Assembly (NCBI RefSeq): GCF_001194135.2
Contig: NC_068982.1
Coordinates: 110,541,969 to 110,605,968 of the forward strand
Direction: 5' to 3'
DNA: 64,000 nt
Source of the DNA: Octopus bimaculoides
Lineage: Eukaryota
A model generated the notes under the pieces. The model worked only from the letters and a program-made list of their open reading frames with translations, was not told the origin of the DNA and ran no database searches. Shown one piece after another: positions 1-45,194 of this stretch. The position numbers and the translations under genes were made by a program. Numbering within the stretch: the stretch's first letter is position 1; every line of letters begins with the position of its first letter.

Positions 1-330
1 GCTGAAAGTGTAGCTGCTAGAAGAAGAATAGCCTGGGCAAAGTTCAGAGATCTCTTACCTCTGCTGGTGACAAAGGGCCTCTCACTCAGAGTAAAAGGCA
101 GACTGTATGACGCATGTGCACGAACAGCCATGCTTCATGGCAGTGAAACATGGGCTGTGACTGCTGAGGACATGCGTAAGCTCGCAATGAATGAAGCCAG
201 TATGCTCCGATGGATGTGTAATGTCAGTGTACATACTAGACAGAGTGTAAGTACCTTGGGAGAAAAGTTGAACTTACGAAGCTTCAGTTGTGGTGTGCAA
301 GAGAGATGATTTCACTGGTATGGTCCGGCA
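1..330 (+). mobile_element. RTE-clade LINE fragment (C-terminal part of RT ORF, decayed)
   Basis: Translates as LPLLVTKGLSLRVKGRLYDACARTAMLHGSETWAV...SMLRWMCNV, typical of the RTE post-RT region. The same family recurs at 17200-17505. Confidence 0.85.
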
Positions 331-1060
331 ATGTTGATAACTATGATTTACGAGTGGGTGCTATTGACATGGTACTGGTAGCAACCATGATTCATGGGTG
401 TCATTTGCATGGTACAGGCAATGGCCATGACTCATGGGTGCCATGCCATTTACATGGCACCACCAATGACCACAATTTTCGGGTGCCAATTTATATGGCA
501 TCAGTATCATCCATATACCAACTACATGTACCTGACCTTTTGACAAGACTTGTGTTTGTCCTACTGGACAAATATGATGCAATAAATAATAATCTGATGG
601 GAGGATGAAGTTAATTACATTGACACCCAGCACTCAACTGTTACACATTTTATCAGCCTGAAATGAAAGACAAAGTTAACCTTGGCTGTATTTGTATCCA
701 GAACATAAAAAGCCGGAAGAAATACTGCTAAACAACTTGCCTGATGTGCTAATGATTTTGCCAGCTCACTGCCTTAATAATGATTATAATAACCGTTATT
801 ATAATTTTTGTGAAATCTGTCCATCTGTAACATAACTTTCAGTTTGATTAGTAACTCGACACTCTCTCTCTCTTCCTCTGCATATATGTAGGCAGACACA
901 ACATACATTTCTCAACACTATTGTTAAAGATATTAGAACAAAAATATGAATCTCTATTTTGTCTCTCTGTATGCATGACACATCTCGATACATGTTCACA
1001 CAGGTACACATATATGTATATGACAACAGCATTATCTGTCTGGCAATAATGTATGTATGT

Positions 1061-1285
1061 GAAGGCGGCGAACTGGCAGAAACGTTAGCACGCCGGGCGA
1101 AATGCTTAGCGGTATTTCGTCTGTCTTTACGTTCTCAGTTCAAATTCCACTGAGGTCGACTTTGCCCGTTATCCTTTCGGGATCAATAAATTAAGCACCA
1201 GTTGTGTACTGGGATCAATCAAATCGACTGCCCCCCCCCCACTAAAAATTTTGGGTCTTGTACCTAGAGTAGAAAAGAATAATGT
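1061..1285 (+). mobile_element. tRNA-derived SINE family A (GGCGGCGAACTGGCAGAA head, GAGGTCGACTTTGCC core)
   Basis: Near-complete copy. Homologous copies at ~590-785, 1790-3140, 15985-16200, 25761-25975 and 40455-40670. Confidence 0.8.
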
Positions 1286-1789
1286 ATGTATGTGTGGTAA
1301 GTACACAGACATGCATTTCCCAATAGGATCATTTAAGACATTTAGTTAACTTATAAAGATACAGCTATTGAAAAAAAATAAATAAATAAAAGAAATTTCT
1401 TAGTTTCAAAAGTGTTAGCTTCATAATGTAAGTAAATGCTTCTAATGAGAAATTTCATTGTATTTATCTGTGTATATTACATTACTACATACCAAAAAAG
1501 ACAGACATAATACTGTTGTCATATTCATAAGAATGTACCTGTTTGTATATGCTTGTCATTATACAACAAAAGATGGAGAGAGATAGAGAGAGATAGAGAG
1601 ATGTTCCTCAATGTAATGGCATTGTGCTTTATGAAAATAAACGAGGTTAAAAACTTATAAGAACATTTTCAACTAAATATTTTTTTCTATTCAGTATTGT
1701 TTTACCTTCTTTTAGTTAATTCTTTCATGCATGAAACAGACTATTACTTATTGCAGGTATACAACAATGGGTCATGTACTAATAATAAT

Positions 1790-3140
1790 TTTTTCTAATT
1801 ATAAGCATAAGGAAATTTTTAAGGTGGGGGTGGCTAGTCAAATCATCGGTTCCAGTGTTTAAAGGCTACTTACTTCATTGATTCCAAAAGAATGAAAGGC
1901 AAAGTCAACCTTGGTGGAATTTGAACTCAGGCAGTACAGATGGACAAAATGCCACGAAGCATTTTGTCTGGCATGCTAATGATTCTCCCAGCTTGCTGCT
2001 TTAATAATAATAATGGTTTCAAATTTTGGCACAAGGCCAGCAAGTTTGGGCGTGGGGGTAAGTGGATTACATTGACCCCCCCCAGTACTCAACTGGTACT
2101 TATTTTACTGACCCATCTCCCCCCTCCAAGAGGATGAAAGGTAAAGTTGGCCATGGCAGAATTTCAACTCAGAATGTAAAGATGGATGAAATGCTGCTAA
2201 GCATTTGTCCAGTATGTTAACACTTCTGCCCACTTGCTGCTTCGATGATAATGATGGATTCAAATTTTGGTGCTTGGCCAGCAATTTCGTGGGGAAGAAG
2301 TTAAATCGATTGCATCAAACCCAGTGCTCGATTGCACCATATATATATATTACACCATATACATATATATTACACCATATATATATATTTCTACTAATAG
2401 GCACAAGGAAATTTTAAGAAGGGGAGCTAGTTGATTCAGCAATCCCAGTGCTCAGCGGGTATTTATTTCATTGACGCAAAAGGATAAAAGGTAAAGTCAA
2501 CCTCAGCAGAATTTGAACCTAGAATGTAAAGATGGACAAAACGCTAAGTATTTCATCTGTTGTGCTAACAACTCTGCCAGCTCACCACATTAATAATAAA
2601 GGATTCAAATTTTGGCACAAGATTGGAGGAGGGGGCTAGTTGATTATATCAATCCCAATGCTTAAGTGATATTTATTGACCCCATCCCCCCCAAAGGATG
2701 ATAGACAAAGTTGACTTTGGTGAAATTTGAACTCAGAATGTAAAATCAAACAAAATGCTGCTAAGCATTTTGCCTGGCATGTTAACAATTCTGCTAGCTG
2801 GCTGCATTAATAATTTTTTCTACTATAGGCATAAGGCCTGAAATGTTGGGGTAGGGATAAGTCGATTACATCAACCCCAGTGTTCAACAGGCACTTATTT
2901 TATCGACCCTGAAAGGATAAAAGGTAAAGTTGACCCTAGTGGTATTTGAACTCAGAACATAAAAATGGATGAAATGCTGCTAGGCATATTTCCCAGGGTG
3001 CTAACGATTCTGACAGCTCACTGTCTTAAATGATAATAATCCTTTCTACTAAAGGCACAAGGCCTGAAATTTTTGGGGAGAGGACTAGTTGATTACATCG
3101 ACCCAAGTGTTTCACCGGTACTTAATTTTATCAAACCCAA
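1790..3140 (-). repeat. Head-to-tail array of ~7 SINE family A copies
   Basis: Repeated ~210-bp units (…ggcacaagg…gattacat-gacccc…aggatgaaagg-aaagt-gacct…atttgaactcagaa…tgctaac-attctgccagctc) separated by (AAT)n. Confidence 0.85.
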
Positions 3141-3166
3141 TTATAAACACAAGATGGTTTCTCATC

Positions 3167-3790
3167 TTAACTGAATGGAAGTGTTATCATGTACATTGTT
3201 TTGTTTTGGTATAAAAGATGGACTATAGCATATATTCTGCTCAGTACCACAGATTTACTTGTCAGTTGTTTGACTTNNNNNNNNNNTTAACTGAATGGAA
3301 GTGTTATCATGTACATTGTTTTGTTTTGGTATAAAACATGGACTACAGCATATATTCTGCTCAGTACCACAGATTTACTTGTCAGTTGTTTGACTTTCAC
3401 CAGTTGAGCATGTCCCTTGGTGGCTGACGATATGTGCATCTCTGATCACGAGCAGAAGTAGTGGGGGAGTATCAGTCATGTGTTGAGAGGAATTCTTTGA
3501 GGCTTGGATAATTCACCTCTGGAAACATGGGTGTTTCGTTCAACATCCTTATTCAGGGACCTTTGGAATGGGATGGGCTACTCGACCTGAAGAAAATTCT
3601 AACTGGACCCCCACCTGCAAGGTCATGTGCTGTTTATCTTGATATGAGATCACCATGTTACGTACATATGGTTGTGATGCATGTACCCTTATCAGACAGG
3701 TAGTCATGATGGGTATACTGGGCTTCGTATATTTTACCCCAGTGTAACTTTGATGGCATGCACTGCTCTCTCACTCAATAACATAATAAT
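3167..3790. repeat. Unclassified interspersed repeat; first 110 bp duplicated across a 10-N gap
   Basis: 3167-3276 and 3287-3396 are identical except at 2 positions. No coding signal. Confidence 0.45.
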
Positions 3791-4715
3791 AATGATAATA
3801 AAGACTTATACAAAAAGCTTATTTTTATTTAAAAAATATAAGATAATTTCGCAATAAAATAGAGTTTACAAAACAATCGTTGTTACTGAAAATAGTCATC
3901 TGAAAATCCATAAGAAAAAAAAAAGGTACTCGTATATTTGTGGGTATATTAATCAATGCATACAATATTATATAATTCCATTACAGCTGATCTTACCAAT
4001 TTGTCTCGCATCGGATATTATTAGATAACAGGGTGGCTATCTAATATACGTGCTCTTTAGGTGGGGGGGGGGATGACACACACACACACACACACATATA
4101 TGAAATAGGTACTATAGCTTCTAAGAATATAAAGTTTATGAATATATATGTATTTAAGGTTGTATATCAAAATTATTTTCTTATTAAATTATAAACAAAT
4201 AAAAACATGTTCTTTTTTAAAAAAGAGAAATTTAATATAAAAATAATCTGAAGTTAGGAAACGTTCTCTGAACAGTGATAGAAAAATAAAGTTTAAGGAG
4301 CAATATCGGTCTATAAAATCATGGGCAAGCAGTAATAAACTGTTTTTATATTCTCGTAACGAAATATATTACAAATGTCAACGGAATTCTGTTTCCCCAC
4401 CAAATAACGAGAATAATGCCCGATTACATCTGAAACACGATTTGTTTTAAATTTAAAAAAAGAGTAGGTTGTATAATTAGTTATTTTAAAAAAGTAAAAA
4501 AAACGTAAAGAAACATTTTTTTTCAACAAACAGCCGTGCCCTGCACAGACTCACAGTTAAGATTTAAATATACTGGCAAGCTTTCACAAAATTCAATTTA
4601 TATATCCTTTGGCAACTTATAATTGTCAAGAGTGTACATTTTAGCATTTGTAATCCAGTGGTTTTCCTTCGTTAGTTGTAACTTTTCTTTAAGACAGATG
4701 ACATTAAAACTCCCA

Positions 4716-4721
4716 TTTATT
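4716..4721 (-). promoter_or_regulatory. Candidate polyadenylation signal (AATAAA) of the Grx-DEP-DUF547 gene
   Basis: First AATAAA on the minus strand, ~70 nt after the stop codon. Common motif in AT-rich DNA. Confidence 0.35.
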
Positions 4722-4789
4722 AAAACAATAAACAATTAGTTTCTTATGTAGGGAGGCTTAAAGCAAACCAGTGTTCAGTGAAGTGTCAG

Positions 4790-6232
4790 CTATGAATTAA
4801 GGGACCAGTTGTATGGCAGATACACTATAGTTACTTTACCTTCATCAATTACTTTCCTCAAGTTAGATTTTTTCTCTCCTTTCTTCAACACACAGAAAAT
4901 CCATTCAAGTAACCCCTTATCGGTATTGTGAAAATCTTTCCTGTACCACTTAAATATCAGAGACAACTTCACCTGTTTCTTTTCAGCATCAACAACAAGA
5001 TTTTCGTCACTTTCTAAAAATAGTTCTGCAGCTTGTTGAAGTTGAACATGAACTTCTTCAGCCGAATAAATGGAAATAGGAGGACAGCCGCTAGCTCCAC
5101 ACACAAGTGCAAAATGAATGTAAGGGTTTACTTCGGGCATAGCTACCCGCAGGCGAGGATCAGTCTTTTGGAAAGGTTTCGTTATCATACCTATTCCAGT
5201 TTCATTGGCTCTAAGCACACCGTTTTCTATTTCCCGAAGAGAGTATGAATAACCACCGATCATGTAACGGGTCTTATTGAAGAAATTGTATCGTGTCACA
5301 ATGTTAGTTGGGGGTCCAAAACGAATAATCCCGTGAATCACTAGGGCATTGTATATGTTGATAAAAAAGGCAAGTTTCTGATCATCACTTTCATATCCGA
5401 ACTGTACACGCTGTAGTTGAAGAGTTAATTTCTCATATTGTTTGAATTCGTTGCTGTCTTCAATACTTTTGTAATCGACAACTTTGCCGTTCGCAGAGAG
5501 GTAAGAGTCATATATAGCAGATATTTGGAAACGTAATCTTTTCCCTAGCTTGTCTAGAGTCGTTGGTTTACAAAATGAAATGGGTTTCGCGTTCAATGCC
5601 GAGCTGGATAGATCTTCGAGTAGCATATAATATGTATCGTCACGGTTAAGCCATCCTGCATTGGAGACTTCACGACAAAAGTGGTGACTTAGTAAGGCTT
5701 TACACAATCTCACAGCTTCCTGATAGTCAGTATTTTTCGTTTTTGTTACCCAGTCGACAAAATCTTTCTCACTAAACAGTTTTTTAAACTTACATAGACC
5801 ACTCCAACGATACGCGATGATGCCACTTTTTTTCAAGTCATTCACCAAATCGACATATTCATCCGTCTCGCAGTTGATTTCACACGAAAAAAAATTATCC
5901 AAATCAGTTTCTGGGCACGGAATCTTGAGCGCTGCTTCTGATAAAGGATTGTTTTTGACAAGTTCAATTAGTTCTGCAAGGCGATTATCATCTGACATAA
6001 GCGCTTTCAGGTCATTGTAGTTGCCGATATGCACATCGTTGAAAAATATTTGCGGGACACTTTTCTTTTTAAGATTAGCAAGCATCCAGTCTTTACACTG
6101 GGTGTGAATGTCCACGTTGACAGTGATGTGAGGTAGTTGAAACTTTTCCAAAAGTCGTTTGGCTTGAATGCAATGTACACATCCATTGATGCTATATACT
6201 AGTATGCGGCCTTTCAGCTCTGTCACCACCAT
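4790..6232 (-). CDS. Glutaredoxin-DEP-DUF547 protein (class IV glutaredoxin-like), single coding exon, 480 aa
   Basis: Uninterrupted ORF. N-terminal Grx fold with CVHC (6170..6181), SVPQIFF cis-Pro motif and HIGNYNDL. Central DEP-like segment (FSEKDFVDWV…EAVRLCKALLSHHF). C-terminal DUF547 motifs KLAFFINIYNALVIHG, YSLREIENGVLRAN and IHFALVCGASGCPP. Confidence 0.92.
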   Translation of the reverse strand: MVVTELKGRILVYSINGCVHCIQAKRLLEKFQLPHITVNVDIHTQCKDWMLANLKKKSVPQIFFNDVHIGNYNDLKALMSDDNRLAELIELVKNNPLSEAALKIPCPETDLDNFFSCEINCETDEYVDLVNDLKKSGIIAYRWSGLCKFKKLFSEKDFVDWVTKTKNTDYQEAVRLCKALLSHHFCREVSNAGWLNRDDTYYMLLEDLSSSALNAKPISFCKPTTLDKLGKRLRFQISAIYDSYLSANGKVVDYKSIEDSNEFKQYEKLTLQLQRVQFGYESDDQKLAFFINIYNALVIHGIIRFGPPTNIVTRYNFFNKTRYMIGGYSYSLREIENGVLRANETGIGMITKPFQKTDPRLRVAMPEVNPYIHFALVCGASGCPPISIYSAEEVHVQLQQAAELFLESDENLVVDAEKKQVKLSLIFKWYRKDFHNTDKGLLEWIFCVLKKGEKKSNLRKVIDEGKVTIVYLPYNWSLNS

Positions 6233-6359
6233 CTTAGCAGACTAACTCAACAAGCAGAGCTCAGCTGCTTTGTGAAGGGGAGATCACTCCGTTTGACTAT
6301 AGCCAAAGTGGAAGTTGACACTGTCCATACAAAGGTGTGTCGCTGTTTACGTTTACAAT
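6233..6359. promoter_or_regulatory. Putative compact bidirectional promoter / 5' UTRs
   Basis: 127 nt between the divergent ATGs at 6232 (-) and 6360 (+), in a CpG-retaining region. Confidence 0.55.
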
Positions 6360-39664
<33,305 letters not shown>

Positions 39665-40454
39665 TCCCGGAATACTGTTTACCTGAGAAGGCCTTACAAA
39701 CCACTTCCATTTATGTGATCATGCCAGGACTTCATAGAACCTTTTACTTGTATATATTCGTTTTTGTTTTCTTTGGCAGGCTGGACAAAAAGCCGATCCA
39801 TTCTAAATTTGAAATGGATTTTTGTTCTATTAACATAGAATTTTGACCATATTCATATTTAAAGTTGATTATATATGCATGTGAATGACTATTTGTTTGA
39901 ATATATGAATGGATGTATGTATAAATGTATGTTTGTGTATGAATTGATATGTGTGTGTATAAATATGTGTGTATATGCATATGGATATAAATTGTATAAT
40001 TTATGTATTTATGATTGAAGTACATTATCTGTTTCTGTTTTGTTTTTAACTGAACTGCTTTTCAGTTTAACTTCTTATTTGGTTGCATATTAACACATCA
40101 CATTCCTTCATGTTATTTAAACTGTTGTTTCTTGCGCTCATGGTACCCACATTTGGCCCTGCCCTGTAAAAAACAATAACACTTCCCATTTCAGTATATT
40201 ATTGAACTGTTGTAATCTTTTTGATGCAATTCAACAGACAGTGTTGCAGTTGGCCAAGGTGGTAGTGTTCCAGCCTAAACACATTGTTGTATTCAAGTCT
40301 TGTCCTATTTGATTTCAAGTTCAACTCTTGTCATAGTTTACTTGACTTTTATCTTCCTGGGTACAAGAAATAAAATATATAAATAAAAGAATGGTTCAGA
40401 TTGCACCACTGTTGCAATTTATCCAATTAACTGTTCTTAGATGTTATCAATGTC

Positions 40455-40670
40455 ACTTCTTAAGGTGGCAAGCTGACAGAATTGTTAATATTCTAGACAA
40501 AATGCTTAGTTGCATTTCATTCGTCTTTACAATCTGGGTTCAAATTCTGCAGAGGCCAACTTTGCCTTTCATTCTTTTGGGGTTAATAAAATATCAGTTG
40601 AGAACTGGGGTCCATGTAATTGCCCACCCCTGTAATTTTAGGCTTTGTGCCTATAGCAGAAAGAATGTTT
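40455..40670 (+). mobile_element. SINE family A copy between the convergent 3' ends
   Basis: Head aaggtggcaagctgacagaattgtta, core gaggccaactttgcctttcattc, type-2 tail gtgcctatagcagaaag. Confidence 0.75.
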
Positions 40671-41387
40671 TCATGTTCTTTAGATGAGGTGATAATCATG
40701 ATTACCCATCATATTATATGCCTCTTTAACATTTCAAAATGCTTGAGATACTACTGTCAACACTATCAGTCAGTGGTAGTAATAACAGTAAATTGTCATA
40801 AAGAAGACTACTTTTTTTTTTTTATGAATCAGTTGTCAGGAGTTCAAGATCTTCTCTTTGGTGTTATAATTGATGTTTTTCCTGATCATATTTCACTACA
40901 TTGTTTCTTGAATGAAAGTCAGACATCTCTGAAAGACATTCTCCAAATAAAAACCTGATATCATTTGCTGATAAAGCAAGTGATGTAACCTTTTCATTCA
41001 CTATTTTGACCATTCTGGTTGCAATAGACTTAAATATTGTGTCATATTGAATGGTATGTTATCTGATGTGATATATCAACCCCTATTTTGTGGGCATATT
41101 TTTCTTCTAATTTTATCCAAGTCAAATATTTCTAGAGCTTTCATACAAAAAGATGTATGCAAAATATATTATTAAAGAAAAAGAGGATGTCTTTTAGTTT
41201 GAATAAATTATCTTAAAACAACTGACTTAAGTACATCACTGTTATTTATTTTAGTGACCTTAGTGTGATATCATAAAATAATTAAGCTGGTAATCTCTAC
41301 CGAAACATGTCCATGAAGAGTAAGAAAGTGAAAACTCAGACAAAAAACAGCGAGTAAAAAACAAACATCTTTATACAGAATAAATGC

Positions 41388-41564
41388 TCAGCTTTCACTG
41401 TTTTGTACATCAGTTTCTTTTGGGTGCCGGAAATCTTCCCAAGGATGTTCTGGTTTGTCAAATCCAACTGACTTCAACCATTTTGGATAGAATTGCATGA
41501 AAGTCTTGAAGGATTCTTTAAAATAGGTGGTTTTGAAATATAAATCAACCACATTTTTCTGTTC
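41388..41564 (-). CDS. PTCD1: PTCD1 terminal coding exon
   Basis: catcccag|EQKNVVD…FKTFMQFYPKWLK…PEHPWEDFRH…SES*. Confidence 0.9.
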   Translation of the reverse strand, partial: EQKNVVDLYFKTTYFKESFKTFMQFYPKWLKSVGFDKPEHPWEDFRHPKETDVQNSES

Positions 41565-44500
41565 CTGGGATGTACACAAAAGGAAAATGTAATTTGAAGT
41601 AATCACACAATAAAACTGGAACAATTAAGTTTTCTGCTATTTTATGTAAGTGAATTAAATTATAAGAAAATAAAATGGAGATGAAAAAATATGGTTTAAT
41701 ATTGATTTTGGTTTTGTTTATTGTAACTATATGTAGCAGGTGTGTGTATGTGTGTATATCATCATCATTGTCGTTTAACGTCTGCTTTCCATGCTGGTAT
41801 GAGTTGGACGGTTCGACTGAGGACGGGTGAGCCNNNNNNNNNNNNNNNNNNNNNNNNNNNNNNNNNNNNNNNNNNNNNNNNNNNNNNNNNNNNNNNNNNN
41901 NNNNNNNNNNNNNNNNNNNNNNNNNNNNNNNNNNNNNNNNNNNNNNNNNNNNNNNNNNNNNNNNNNNNNNNNNNNNNNNNNNNNNNNNNNNNNNNNNNNN
42001 NNNNNNNNNNNNNNNNNNNNNNNNNNNNNNNNNNNNNNNNNNNNNNNNNNNNNNNNNNNNNNNNNNNNNNNNNNNNNNNNNNNNNNNNNNNNNNNNNNNN
42101 NNNNNNNNNNNNNNNNNNNNNNNNGCAGTACTGGCAACAATCACGCTCGAATGGTGCTTTTTACGTGCCACCAGCACAGGAGCCAGTCAGCGGCCCTGGC
42201 AATGATCATGCTTGGATGGTGCTTTTAACAATCCACTGGCATGAGTGCAAGTCAGGCAGTACTGTCATCGGCCACGTCAGCGATTTTGATTTCACTTGCT
42301 TTAACAGATCTTTAAAAGCAAAGTTTATTGTCCAATGAATGAAGGGTACTCATAAGTGGTCTGGTTATACACCACTGGCAGAGGCCACAGGTTATAGGCT
42401 CACTTGTCTTGTTGGGTCTTCTCAAGCACAGCATATCTGAATATTTTTTTGAAATGGAAGTTTGAGGAAAACGTTTATCCTTATGTCAATGACATGTGCA
42501 AAACTGGTTGCTTCAAGCTCATGCTTTTGATTTCATATCTGGTTCTCATGGTAATATCATAAACGTCATAAACTCAATACAAATGAAATCATGAAACTGC
42601 ATTGCTGTTTAAGCAAGCCTTTTGATGATTTTAGTCATTGGACTGCAACTATGAGGGAAAACTGTTTTTACTCATTTTATCAGACTTGTTTCAAATTAAG
42701 CTTTTTACTACTATTTTTCCATATCTATCATTAATAATGAAATGTGAACAACAATGCCTTTATCTTGAAGAAATAATTTCGTCATATATTTCCTTACATT
42801 TCTTCCTCTTACTCCTATAAATTTACTAATTTGAAGACGTAGCAGTGTGAACCCAACTACATGGTTCTGGGTTCATTCCCACTGTGTGGCAAGTGTCTTC
42901 TACTATAGCCTTGGGCCAACCAAAGCCTTGTGAGTAGATTTGGTAGACCAGAAACTGAAGGAAACCCATCGTGTGTATGTGTATGTGTGTATGTGTATGT
43001 GTGTGTGTTTGTGTCTTTGTCCCCCCACCACTGCTTGAAAAGAGGTGCTAGTGTGTTTATGTCCTTGTAACCTAGTGGTTCGGCAAAAGAGACCGATAGA
43101 ATAACTACTAGGTTAAAAAGTAAGTCCTGGGGTCAATTTGTTCGACTAAAATCCCTCAAGGTGGTGTTCCAACATGGCTGCAATCACAAGAGTAAAAGAC
43201 TGTTTTGTACCGATGATATCCAATGAAACTGAAATAGCTGTTTGAGAATGTTAACGGCTGATTAAAAGAAAGAAAATTTAATCAAATTAATTGATATTTT
43301 TTAAATTTCTATTTCTAAAGGTAAAAATCACCCTACCTCAAACTGGCAAGACTATTCTCTCTCGTCATAAGAGACGAATCGACTGAGAGATTCACATTTA
43401 TTGACTGGTTTAGAATTTACTAGAGTGATGTCCCTTAGGAGAGTCAGCTCCCTTCTACGTCACGAATTTACAATGGTGTAAATAAGTACACATTGAACGT
43501 AGTCCTGGGCTCCCTACATATATGCAAAGCAGGATGATCGTGGTTGGAACGCTTTTGTTCCTATGTCTATTCAATGAGGAATGACTTTGGTTAAACAACA
43601 ACACTACAGAATGCGAGCCAACGAAGCAATCTCTACGTAGCCAGTCAACCAGTAGACAAGGCCCCTGTCACACTTCACCATCTTAGAAAAAGTGTGTAGT
43701 ACAGATTACATTGTCTCAGTAAAAGACCTGAAGGTCATGGTTCGAGTGCCTTTCATCATTGGTTTATTTGCCTTTTTCCTCTCATGATTTTCATAAAGAA
43801 CAGAATAAAGTTTAGAAATCACATTGACTATATTCTTGAAGGCAATACCCCATCATTGCCATAATCCACTAAGTGAACTCATCATCATCATTTAACGTCA
43901 GTTTTCCATGCTGGCATGGGTTGGACGGTTTGACGGAAAACTGGTAAGCTGCACCAGGTTCCAATCTGATTTGGCATGGTCTCTACAGCTAGATGCCCTT
44001 CCAAGAGTGTAGTGGGTGCCTTTTACATGCTACCAGCACAGGTGTCAGTTATGTGACACTGGCATTGGCCATGACTATGATTTCACTTGGCTTGGCAGGT
44101 CTTCTCAAGCATGGCATATCGCCAAAGGTGTTGGTCATTCATCATTGTCTATGTGAGGCCCAATACAAAATGAAAAAATAATAAATAAAGAATTGTTATT
44201 CACATACCGCCTGAAGAATTTTCTTCCGCGCATTGGCTATATGATTTTCAATGTGTTGGATGAATACAGTGTTAGGTTTTAGGTCCCATTTTGGCATCAT
44301 TTCTAGAAGTTCAAGCTTGTATTTAAAATCCATACTGCTCTTGTACATTAACAGACCAAATATTTCAATATTTGGTTCCATACCAATTTCCTAAAATAAG
44401 ATAAAAGCTTAAAAAATAAATTAAATTAAAATGCAACCTGTTTGATTTGTTAACACTAGGCCATGTCAGAACCTGTATATAATATGTATGTGTGTGTATA

Positions 44501-45118
44501 TATATATATAATAATAATAATACAAATGATATATGAGCATATGCATGTATACATACATATATGTACATACCTACATCTACATGTATATATAGATGCATAT
44601 CCGGGTACAGGACGTGAAAAAAGGAACGGGAACATAAATAAAGCACAAAAAACAGACTTTTTTTTACGGACAACAGAATGAACACATAGGAAAACAGACG
44701 AGATATATATATTGCTTTATGTCAAGTTATATATAAAAGAATTTAACATTGAGGTGAAGGATTACTCAAGTACATATTTAAAAACTTTGATGTGAGACAG
44801 TCTGATGGAAAGTAGCAGGCTGAAACTTTGAAGTCACTGTCACTTCCCTTGTAAAAATTATATATATATATATATATATATACCGCAGCCACTTGGCTGA
44901 AACACATAAATAAAAAAATAAAAAATATTGGATAATAAAGCGAATGGTTTACACCTGGTAGCTTACTGGTAAAACACAGTCACTTTCAAAGTGTTTGTTA
45001 TGTGTATGGCAAATTGACATAATAAATTCTCTTATATTCCATCTTTTGTCTTTCATTTGCCATCATTTAAAATAGTTTGATTCAGCCCCATGCAACTGAT
45101 CTAGGCTGTTTTCACAGT

Positions 45119-45194
<76 letters not shown>

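Noticed and set aside
1790-3140. Regularly spaced repeats as a CRISPR-like array
   Set aside because: Units are ~210-bp diverged SINEs without a short-repeat/unique-spacer structure, and the context is eukaryotic.
3167-3396. 110-bp direct repeat flanking a 10-N gap
   Set aside because: Sits exactly at contig ends with 2 mismatches. Most likely an unmerged overlap of two haplotypes.
5033-6020. Plus-strand ORFs 5033..5248 and 5817..6020
   Set aside because: Antisense shadows of the Grx-DEP-DUF547 CDS.
4790-6232. Bacterial horizontal transfer or contamination as the origin of the intronless gene; selenoprotein
   Set aside because: DEP fusion is a eukaryotic architecture and the gene is embedded among host SINEs next to a spliced exon. 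The active site is Cys-only with no in-frame TGA.
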